A stretch of 63,904 nt of DNA, counting the filler, from Octopus bimaculoides (taxonomy: Eukaryota), in NCBI RefSeq assembly GCF_001194135.2. It is 4 parts of 4 records of this genome, joined end to end, with 100 filler letters (N's around TTAATTAATTAA, not from the genome) between each part and the next. Parts side by side here need not be neighbours in the genome. Positions count along the whole stretch, not along the records: positions 1 to 26,228 come from NC_068993.1; 3 more parts are not named here. One strand, written 5' to 3'. Each line of letters begins with the position of its first letter. Position 1 is the first letter of the stretch. The notes under the pieces are model-generated. The model worked only from the letters and a program-made list of their open reading frames with translations, did no database searches and was not told the origin of the DNA. Below, piece after piece: positions 1 through 10,110 of this stretch. Position numbers and translations under genes: made by a program.

Positions 1-34
<34 letters not shown>

Positions 35-50
35 GTATAAATATATATAT

Positions 51-199
51 GACGGGCTTCTTTCAGTTTCCATCTACCAAATCCACTCACAAGGCTTTGG
101 TCAGCCCGAGGCTATAGTAGAAGACACTTGCAATGGGACTGAACCCGGAACCATGTGGTTGGTAAGCAAGAGACTTACCACACAGCCACTCCTGCGCCT
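51..199 (-). mobile_element. tRNA-derived SINE, family 1 (head AGGCGCAGGAGTGGCTGTGTGGTAAG), small internal deletion
   Basis: Reverse complement matches copies at 16776, 22633 and 61826. A-box-like TGGCTGTGTGG and B-box-like GGTTCAGTCC. Resembles octopus tRNA-derived SINEs (OK/OR types); exact family not verified. Confidence 0.85.
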
Positions 200-239
200 A
201 TATATGTATGTATGTATATCTATATCTATAATGTATATA

Positions 240-302
<63 letters not shown>

Positions 303-518
303 NNNNNNNNNNACATATTTTCTACGTTATCTTAACAACCAGCTTTAGTTATTTGAAAGACACTGATCTCCAACGACCAGGTTTCCACTTTCAATTTGAA
401 CCATAATTACTAAGTGTTGCATTACGAGAGTGACGATGTGTGAATAATGAAAGTAATGTTTCTCCGAATTAATCACATCTGTACTATAAGAAAGCTGCTT
501 ATCATCTGTCTATATATA

Positions 519-1431
519 TTGGGTCATCTCATTAGTAATGCGGTGTTTTCAATTGCATGAACTGAACGTTGGAGGGGGACAGAATAAACTACCTGCATCA
601 ACGTGCTATAAAAGCAGGTAGTAATTTTACCTTGTCCTTTTTCTTAGTGCAAGTTTTGAAGAGTGCAGTTCGATTTCAAGTTATTTTTTCAAAGCTATAA
701 TGGATATGACAAAGGAGCATATTCGGCATATTTTGCTTTATGAGTTCAATAAAGGCAACAACGCAACGGAAAGTGCGAGGAATATTAATGCAGCATATCG
801 GATAGGACAATAAGCATAAGCCAGTCTTTGCTGTAGTTTCAGAAATTCCGAGCCAGAAACCACAACCTAGAAGACGAGCCTCGTTCTGGAAGATCTGCAG
901 AGCTCGACGAGAACGTCCTACAAACCTTGGTGGAACAAATTCTCATCGTAACTGTTGAGGAACTAGCAGAGGAGCTTGGATTTGGTCATTCAACAAGCCA
1001 TTCATGTCAGCGCTAGAAGAAAAACGACCATTTTTGGTTTCAAGACGAAAGGTGTTCTTCCATCAGGATAATGCTCGGCTGCATACAGCGAGGATGACAT
1101 TTCAAAGGCTGGAGCAGTTTGAATGGGAAACGATGCCCCACCCACCATATTTGCTGGATATTGCCCCATTTGATTTTCCTTTATTCCGCAGTTTTCAAAA
1201 TCATTTCGACGGAAAAAATATGAATTCTGTAGACGAGGTCAGAACAGTAGTGGAGGAGCATTTTACGTCACAGACTAGTGAATTTTGGAAGACGAGCCTT
1301 GTAAATCTACCAGATAGATGGTAAGACATTGTAGAAAATGAAGGAGAGTATATTTTAGGTTAAAAAGGAACTTTGTCTTAATTTTGAAAACAAAAAGTTT
1401 AAAAAACCGCATTATCTATGGGATGACTCAA
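519..1431 (+). mobile_element. Internally deleted mariner element with both TIRs and TA target-site duplication
   Basis: 5' TA|TTGGGTCATCTCATTAGTAATGCGGTGTTTT matches the reverse complement of 3' AAAAAACCGCATTATCTATGGGATGACTCAA|TA. Length 913 bp against about 1.3 kb for a full mariner. Confidence 0.9.
700..1362 (+). pseudogene. Mariner transposase remnant (N-terminal HTH joined to C-terminal catalytic part, frameshifted)
   Basis: MDMTKEHIRHILLYEFNKGNNATESARNI ... LEDEPRSGRS; then HQDNARLH, HPPYLLDIAPFDF (degenerate HPPYSPDLAPSDY) and LPDRW*. Confidence 0.9.
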
Positions 1432-1706
1432 TATAAAGATTACCAAATAAACTGTTTTTGACGCAGCAACTCTTTTCTACTACTAACATCACGAGGTCGT
1501 GTCGCACAATTTTGGGATCATTTTTGGGCAATATTTCGATTATCTTCCAATGTTTCAATTTCATCCGGTATTTCACGAATGCGTAGAATTCTACTCAGAC
1601 AAACATGAAAATGCACACATAAATATTGCATTAAAATAACCCACACACCAAAGAATTTCATTAAAAGACATCCATTTCTCTATATGTTATGAGGAAATGC
1701 AGTTAC

Positions 1707-1750
<44 letters not shown>

Positions 1751-2217
1751 ATGCACACGCACACGCACACATACATACTATGTATGTATGTATGCATGCA
1801 TGCATGTATGTATGTATGAATGTACGTATGCATGTATATATGTATGTATACACGTCTTTATGATAGTACACACACACAAACACAAATATACATATACACA
1901 AAGTATAGGGGTTTAGTTCACAAGTGACCTAAACGATTAGGTATGCTAGGTAAGTGCTGTAACGGATTACAGCCCTTGATATGCTCGCGTCTTTTCTCTG
2001 GATGTTTGCGATATCAGGATTTTAACTCGCATGGATCTACATAGGATTGCACCTAAGGACTTATTCTCTTGTTTCTACAACATCGGAAACTTGAACTATG
2101 AACTTTTATGCATCTTTTTTCTCCTTTCTCTCCATCTCTTTATTCTTTTGCTCCCTTCCTCTACGTCGTCATCTCATTAATATATACCATTCTCATTTTC
2201 CCTATTTTTCCCTATTT

Positions 2218-2272
2218 GTCTCTGATGACGGAATATCCCATACTCGGGGGTATACCCGAAACAGCTGTAAGA
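2218..2272 (+). ncRNA. Type I minimal hammerhead ribozyme fold (family A), probably from a Penelope-like terminal repeat
   Basis: Stem I GTCT(2218-21)/AGAC(2269-72); core CTGATGA(2222-28); imperfect stem II 2229-2256; GAAA(2257-60); palindromic stem III ACAGCTGT; GUA cleavage triplet ending at 2268. Confidence 0.7.
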
Positions 2273-2355
2273 CTTTGAATTTTTTCCAATTATAATATTG
2301 TATACGACTTGAGATGTTTGCCTTGCCTTAATGTTTGCTGCCCACTTTAAGAATT

Positions 2356-2406
<51 letters not shown>

Positions 2407-3849
2407 GTTACAATATACATAACATATGTGTGTATGTATACACATGCACACGTCTCAATATAACAGTCACATATATATAGAAAGAGAGGAAGAGAGAGAG
2501 AAAGAGAGAGAGACTGCCAGACATATCTTCACTTACATCAAGAAATTAAGGCCAACTATCGTCTCCCTTCTTATGTAAGTCTAGATGATACAAAGAAATA
2601 TAGTTTCCCTTATCAAGAGATAGTTACAAACGAGAAGCATGCAATCCTATATTGTTTTACATCTCATAAAGAAATATCTATTTACACAGAAGAAAGTAAA
2701 AAAAAAGTAAAAAGTATAAAACGACTATAAACAAGATCATATAAAAGTACTGAATTTATATTTGTTTTTCTTGCTAAATGTCTTTAACTCCCTTTTCCTT
2801 ATTTTAATTGTAAATTTCTTGTAAATTTCAACCAACCAGTTATTCTCTTCTCGGCGTATCAGTTACATTTTTGTACGAAAAAAGGGTGGAAAATCGTCTG
2901 TCTGTAACCATATATCTATATCAAATTCCGTTTTTCTTGTCAATCACAAAAATTAACGTGCAGTTTTTACGAGTATTCACTGTAATACTAGCATTGCTCC
3001 AGTGATCCATGCAAATATAGAGTCAGGCAAAGATTGAAGCAAACAGGGTAACATTTATTTATGGTTTCTTACCTCTCAAACTAAGTATCTTCACTTATTG
3101 ACATTTCTTAATCTTATTGAGTTTTACGCAAAGATTTATTAGAAATTATAAAAATAACTATATCTGGATACGCCAGGAGCATTTATGATGCGGAGTCTCT
3201 CAAGCAGCCTTTATGACTGCCAACGAAATGAGTCCAACGAAATTAGTCGATCGACTGTACCTTTTCCCTTAACGTTACACTAGGTTCTCCTAGCATTATA
3301 TATATGACGTTGATTTCTAATATACAAACAGGTTTACTTTACCAGCAAATCAGGATTTCCACTCGCATCTTACATATTGATGTCGTAGAGGTTAAAGTTA
3401 TTCTTTGTTATATTTTGAACATATATAGTATCAGTTTTACCTCACCTGCTCTAATTAAACAATAATTTGCTATTTAGATGCAATAATAACAACAATATTA
3501 TTAGCATTAAGAAATAACATGCTATTTAAGTAACCATATACTACTAAACTAGATTCTGTCTACATAAAGTCACATAGTGTACCGCATTAAATATCTGGAA
3601 AAATAATGACAGAATTGTTAGTCTGAACACCTATGATAACAGATTTTTTTTTCTATCAGAGCTGATCGAAACTAAATTTTTATTGGTTTGGTTTGCAGAA
3701 AAGACTGTACCTGTGGCTTTTGCACGCCTTCTGTAACTGATGATATCGACAAAATTATGTTCCACTTGATCGTTTGCAAGCCGCGGTGCCAAAATAATCG
3801 ACCGAGAAGGGTTCTAAAGGGGCCGATGTACAGGTAAAGTAGTTAGTAC

Positions 3850-4880
3850 CGGAACTGAAAGAGTGGACAAAATGTGCGCGATGGGAGAAGGAAAAACAAG
3901 TGAGCGAGGAGGGCATAAAAGTGGGAGGAACATTATCATCTAGCCCCGAATAGCAGAAGCCCCTCTAGTAGCAGTAGAAAAGCAGAAAGATGAGACACCA
4001 TATCTGTAGTAAAAGAAAGGAGTGTGTCAGTAAGCTATTTGATACCAATCTGTCGAGTAGCCTTTCATTGGATACGATCTAAAAATGTTTGCGTGTGTTG
4101 CAACAGCATCGTCGAAGATGTGGAAACTACTTCTTTGTGGATCACTTGGGCTTTGTAGATGGTTAGTAGTTATTGGCAGCTGAAATATTTACTGCCTTTG
4201 AAGAGAAAAACTAGTCTATGTGATGTAGATTGGTTATGTTGAGGATATTCATCAGGACAGATCCTCAGTGATGGTGAGGCCAAGAATTTGTAATGGCCTC
4301 GTGGCTACTCATGGTTAGGCAGAATACGATAATGTCCTCTTAATACGTGCAGTAATTATGTATTTGAACTATTGAAAGAAACAAGCATATCACGAACCCA
4401 TTGGTGGATGTTTAGGGGACTCTGTTCATGGAGTCGGTGCAGACTTGTATGTAGATGACAGTTAGGTGTGGAAGGTTAGAGAGGAATGAAAAGTAATATT
4501 AAATGTTGAAGATGACATCAGATGTTTGCATAAGAAGCAGAGAATGAACACAAAATAAAATTTTGGAATATACCACAGTTGATATAATGGGGATCAGAAA
4601 GAACTCTATTAGTATATGCCGCAATAATGTAGTCTGAGAGGAAGCTAACATCGCAAGAGACGAAAGACAGATATTAGGCAGGAAGATTCTCCTTGAGATT
4701 TGCGTGCCAGGTACGTTCAAAGCTCAGCTGATCTCGTAAACAACATTGTCTACACTAAACTTATCGAGGTCGAAAAACCACAGGTGATTGACATAGCATA
4801 GTAGATCTGGTTAGACGAAAACCGTTGCAACAACTACCGTTGTAACACTTTTCTAGATATGATATCGCCAAACTGAGAAA
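3850..4880 (-). mobile_element. Decayed non-LTR retrotransposon RT region (CR1/L2/Jockey-type)
   Basis: Minus-strand motif remnants: NGFRLTRST, FFDLDKF, GIFQNFIL (GVPQGS-like), KFLGLTITEDLS, DRIQ*KATRQI. Many stops and frameshifts. Confidence 0.65.
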
Positions 4881-5540
4881 CAATTTCAGCAGTGGTATGG
4901 CGGAAACATTTCTCTACATCCTGAGTTTAGATCTCTACAAAGTTAATTTTGATTATCATAGCTCTAGGTCCTATCAAATAAGTACTACTTCAATATGGGC
5001 GTCAAATGATGATTTGTAAGTTACATGGACGAGACCAAACAGTACAGCATAGAACAAAATGCTTGGCAGAGTGTAATACGTCCTTTGTGATGTATTAGAA
5101 TCGCGCCGAGGTCAATGAAATGAATGACAGTCAAGTAATGAGGTCAGAATGTATCGTAGTACAATCTTGCGTCAACGTATGAAAACGTTGTTGTTATGGT
5201 TATCGCTGAGGATAGACAAAATGGTTAGTAGACATGATGGTTGAAAGAAAATATGGTTGATAGAGAATGAAGTCTATAGAGAAAATAGTAGATAGATAAG
5301 ATGACATACACAAGATGGCTGTTAGACTTTATGCAATCATCCATAACAATATACTAAATATATCACCCAAATCTACTGAGTCATACCCTACATGTATAAA
5401 AACGGAAGGACGTATTAGAAAACGTAGTTCGTGGTGAATTCTCCGTGTTTCGATGGTTTATTTGATCAACTATCTTCTTAGTCATGCGATCGGTTAACGT
5501 GTAAGAGGCTGAGTATTTCACTGAAAGCTGTATACTTGGG

Positions 5541-5582
5541 GTACTCAGACCGAATCAGCGTGTACTCAGGCCGAATCAGCAT
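5541..5582. repeat. 21-bp tandem duplication
   Basis: GTACTCAGACCGAATCAGCGT followed by GTACTCAGGCCGAATCAGCAT. Confidence 0.85.
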
Positions 5583-5629
5583 TGACACAATGTATTAAGA
5601 GTGGAGAACACGAAAGAGAGGGGGGAGAA

Positions 5630-5676
<47 letters not shown>

Positions 5677-5687
5677 AGGACTGTTCT

Positions 5688-5790
5688 CAGCACTGAACTG
5701 GTTCTTTATCTATCGACCGCGAAAGTTGACCTCGGCTCGATTTGAATTCAGAGCTCAGAGAAGCAGAACATAGACTTCGCTGCTTTACAT
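5688..5790 (-). mobile_element. Degenerate partial SINE, family 2
   Basis: Reverse complement contains TCTGAATTCAAATCGAGCCGAGGTCAACTTT...GGTCGATAGATAAAGAACCAGTT, similar to the family 2 body. Confidence 0.55.
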
Positions 5791-6326
5791 TGTAGTTTCT
5801 TTTTCCCTTAAAAGAAGGGAAAAGAAAACAGGACGAGGCTGGAACGTCTTGCGTGGTAGATTCGTTACAGTAAAAGATTTAACCGACCAAAGCGGACCTG
5901 AAGTTAATCAGTAACAACAATAGATTTACAAAAACACACGTATAATTTCCATTGATAAATGATCAAAGATATAAAAAGTTGTGATGACCTTTAAGTTATG
6001 GAAACTAGAGAGACCCAGTTCACTTCTACATTAGTAATCTCTCATCTCGAGATTAACGGGACTGGAGAATGCATCATATAATGCCATAGTAGCGTTTTGT
6101 ACGTGTGTGTGAACAAGTGTGTATAATTGGTTGCTGCTAAGCCTAATCAGGAAACCCTATGGTCAAAATCATTCCAGCATGATTGTGATTTTTTTTTCTT
6201 TGTATCATAGGTCTACATTATTTAATGTGTTCTTCCTTGTTCAAGATGGAATGATGTGATATGAGTTAATTCGGCTGCAATTTCTACTTGTCGAACGACT
6301 AAGTAGTGTTGCCTTCTCAGATTAAT

Positions 6327-6330
<4 letters not shown>

Positions 6331-6414
<84 letters not shown>

Positions 6415-6429
6415 GCACACACACACACA
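6331..6429. repeat. (CA)n microsatellite
   Basis: Long, nearly pure AC tract. Confidence 0.95.
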
Positions 6430-6552
6430 CCGAAACGCGCGCGTGTGTTATATGCATGTTCACGTGTATGTCACACATATATATATATAACAGCATGTGT
6501 AAGTATGCGGTGAGTGTGAATGATCAGTATTTAAACAGTTCGCCCTACTCTT

Positions 6553-6619
6553 TATACACACAGTAAAGCATCACGTAGATTATCTATACACACAGTAAAG
6601 TATCACGTAGATTATCTAT
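6553..6619. repeat. 32-bp tandem duplication
   Basis: TATACACACAGTAAAG(C/T)ATCACGTAGATTATC at 6553 and 6585. Confidence 0.9.
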
Positions 6620-7551
6620 TCATTAGCTATTTTAATCCTCGCATTTCTTATCTCGTTCCCTAACAGCTCCTCCTTACTACACCCATATTATGGTCGTTTA
6701 AAACATCCCAATTAAGAGACGATAGACTCTTCGCGCTAGTGACAACGATCTGATAAAACACACGACAATAACGATATAGGAAACATAGACTTATGGATAT
6801 GTACCCACCTACGTATACATACCATGCACACACACAAAAGCACATAACGAATACATAAACACACACACACATTCGCCGACATTATGGACTATGTCACAAA
6901 CAGAGAAACAGACACAAACAATTCACACTCACATGCAACTCACCTCTCCTCACGTACACGCTAAACAATTAATCCTCTCTACTTTACAGAAATTAAGCAA
7001 CTTGGCATCGAGAATCTATGAGTGTAAGTCATTGAATGAAAATAGCCGGGGGAAGTCTGCAACCTGAGAAGCAAATAGTGGAGTTAGAGTTAACGTACAT
7101 AATGTACTGAGTCAAGCAAGTATAATCATAATGAAATAAGACTACCAGTCATGGGTTGTGGTTAAGACAAGGGAGACAACCGAAATGTAATAAGCAAAGG
7201 TAGTTTGAAAATAGGGTGAAGGTGATCATTAACGGTGACAACTGCTAACATGTTTCGGTTTTATTAGATCTTCTCAGCGAAGCATGGTCTTATCAGTATT
7301 ACCAGATTTAAAAAGGCAACAACTATAACAACAATAGCTACCGTTTTATTAAAGACATTGTAGTGTTGGTAACTTTTCACAGTGTCAGTAATGTCTGAAA
7401 TGGATGAACTCTGGTTGACAACCAAAACTCACACGCAATATTCAAACGCGAGCAGACACATATATGAATAACACAGCGTTTGATGAACCAAGGAAGTAGC
7501 CTCTACATAGTCGATCAACTTGACAGCACAATTCTCCCTCAAATCTCTATT

Positions 7552-7582
<31 letters not shown>

Positions 7583-7648
7583 CACACAGTGATAAGAGAA
7601 GTTTGAAATTGTAGAGCTATTCTACATAAGCTAAAACAATACTGAAAG

Positions 7649-7750
7649 CATACGCATACATATATACATACATACATACATACATACATACATACATGCA
7701 TGCATGCATGCATACATACATACATACATACATACATACATACATACATA
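7649..7750. repeat. (CATA)n microsatellite
   Basis: TACA/CATA tract directly upstream of an R4/Dong-like fragment. Confidence 0.95.
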
Positions 7751-7751
7751 G

Positions 7752-8184
7752 ACCTCAATAAAATGTAAGCACAACAGACCTGATATTAAGATTTGAGAAG
7801 AGAAACTGTGCACAGTTGAGGAAATTAGCTGCTCAGCGGATGCTAGCATAAAGCTAAAAATCAGTGAAAAAGAGAACACCTACGCTGAACTATTGAGAAA
7901 TCTGCAATTACTCTATTCAGATTACAAGTTCAGGTTTATACTTGTAATTATTGGGGCCCTGGGATATGTAACACACTCCTAAATACCAATTTTGAGAAAT
8001 TTGGCATCTCAAAACAAGAAAGGAGAAAGCTGATTCGAAGACTACAGTTCCAATCCATCAGTGGAACTGTAAAAATCTGTATAACTTTCGAGAAGCTTAT
8101 CACTTAAATATATATGAGCATGTCTAGACATGCAACTATATGCATGAGAACGCATACATAAAGCAAAACATACAAATCTGCCCA
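7752..8184 (+). mobile_element. 5'-truncated R4/Dong-like non-LTR retrotransposon: RLE endonuclease C-terminus plus 3' UTR
   Basis: TSIKCKHNRPDIKI*EEKLCTVEEISCSAD...EKENTYAELLRNLQLLYSDYKFRFILVIIGALGYV. Followed by (CATA)6 at 8185-8208. Confidence 0.8.
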
Positions 8185-8208
8185 CATACATACATACATA
8201 CATACATA

Positions 8209-8766
8209 TTGGGTATGTTGCCCGGAAGCTTCAAAGAAACAGTAGAATTGACACGAAGCACAGCCTCTCTTCGACACAAAACCACTACATCACATCACAC
8301 TTTGAAGGCTATGCGTTTGCAATCCAGGAACAGGAGATTGCCACAAAGTACCTGGTGAACAAGAGAGACAGTGACACTCTTGTAATCCCAATGTGCAACC
8401 GCATGTGTAGACTATGTCATGTTTCGGTGGCAGATATCACGCGTGTGACTATCAGCTGTCCTAAAATGTCGCCACGGTACTACCTTCCTATGCGGCACGA
8501 TGTTGTCGCTAAAACAATTTACAATGACATCCGCAAAAAAGACTGACTTGAAATAACTTAGAAAATCCCTGTTATGGAATACATTCATAAACACCAACTC
8601 AAGGAATATTGGTGGAATATTCCCATTAAAACTTCTGTCAAATGTAAACATAACAGGCTGGATCAGAGGGGCAAAGGTATGTACCATCATAGAGGTCAAC
8701 TGCCCTGCAGATATAGATATCTCTTGGAAAATCAAAGAAAAAGAGGATATCTATGGACAACTGCTG
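8209..8766 (+). mobile_element. R4/Dong-like fragment: zinc knuckle and RLE domain, 3' end lost
   Basis: HFEGYAFAIQEQEIATKYL; CRLC...ISCP; RHDVVAKTIY; YWWNIPIKTSVKCKHNRLD; IIEVNCPAD...EKEDIYGQL. Confidence 0.85.
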
Positions 8767-9550
8767 AAATTTTTTCAGATGAAGCAGTTATAACTGACCC
8801 AAATTATTGTAATTTTAGTATATCATTACTATACATCTAATAAACTAAGCTGTCAGCATTTTATTCCAGTCTAGAGGAGACAATTGTAACACCACTTTGA
8901 ACATCCTACCAAACACTGCCTGTCACAGCTGACAAGTTTGCAGAATGCAGTCGAGATTTGAAGACAATTTGCAAGCTCGCTATGCAATAAAATTTTATGT
9001 TAAACTGAGCAGAAATGTTACAGAAACTTATGAAATGCTCCAGACTGCTTTATGATTTCACTTGTGTGAACCGAGCAAGTGTTTCTCATTGACACAAGAG
9101 GATAAGTAAAACAAGTCCGCCGAGAAACTTATGATGACCCCTTTTTTCCACTGGCCAGACAGTCAAAAGAGATGCTTTGTGGTGGTTTTGAGAGTCCAGG
9201 AAAAGGTTCCGGGGCTTAAAAGTCCAGAGCACCTGAAGCAAGAATGCACCAGTCCACCAGTCCACCATTCCATCCTGGGCGTCAAAATTGCTCCTCACCC
9301 CCCTACAATCCAGGCCTTGCTCCCAGGGACTCTTGATTGTTCCCCAAGCTGAAGAAGACGAAGGAGATTGTGACAAGGGTCCTGGACACCTTCACTTTGC
9401 AGAACTTCGATGGGGGCCTGCATGTAATGGATGGAGCACTGCAACAAGTGCATTGAAGTCAGAGGGTCCTACTTTGAAGGAGATTAAAGTTTTGTATTTC
9501 TTTGAAATTGATAAATGTCTCCCTTGAAAAAATTCTGGAGTACACATTGT
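8767..9550 (+). mobile_element. Internally deleted mariner (irritans-like), 5' TIR lost
   Basis: 5' leader aligns with the 36253-37520 element; PHPPYNPGLAPRDS*LFPKLKK; 3' TIR-like AATTCTGGAGTACACATTG. Confidence 0.8.
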
Positions 9551-9584
9551 GTGTGTGAGTGTGTGTGTGTGTATGTGAGTGTGT

Positions 9585-9626
<42 letters not shown>

Positions 9627-9849
9627 GTGTATATGTGTGCGTACTTGTGTGTGCGCTCGCGCGCATATATATATTAGTATACTATTTATGTGTGACATCA
9701 TACAAATAGTCATGTATACACATGCAATATCCATATGATAGTGGCAATACGTCACACTGAATCCCTTAAATCTCCAAGTTATACCAGAATTTAAACAGGT
9801 AAATAATGAAATGCCATTATGTTGAGGTGCATTGTTGACTTATGAAAAA

Positions 9850-10110
9850 TCAAATATGAAAGTGGACTGGTAAATATTTGGTCAATCAGAACGGTAGACC
9901 GTTTAATTACGACAGTAGAGAAGAGGTGTGCCATAGTTATAAGTGGTAAGCGGATTTATTATGATTGATTATCATGAAGAGCAACAAGAGTTAAATGACA
10001 TCTTTTATTAGCATCGGGATTTTGTTGTCTCCCAAAACTGACGTCAACGATCCAATCCAGACTCCATCAATGCTTTGAAGTATGACATTGAAGCCATAAG
10101 TCAAAGAGAC
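9850..10110 (+). mobile_element. Possible RTE-type LINE 3' remnant
   Basis: KWTGKYL (RWAGHV-like) in coding-like context; heavily decayed. Confidence 0.3.

Noticed and set aside
1958-2360. TGTAAC...ATACA segment around the first hammerhead as a solo LTR or LTR-retrozyme
   Set aside because: No target-site duplication (AGTGC vs TATAT), the CA end merges into a (TA)n tract, and there is no PBS or PPT.
5831-5870. Minus-strand CTGTAACGA...GCAAGACGTT as a hammerhead
   Set aside because: Both core strands need several changes and stem II does not pair.
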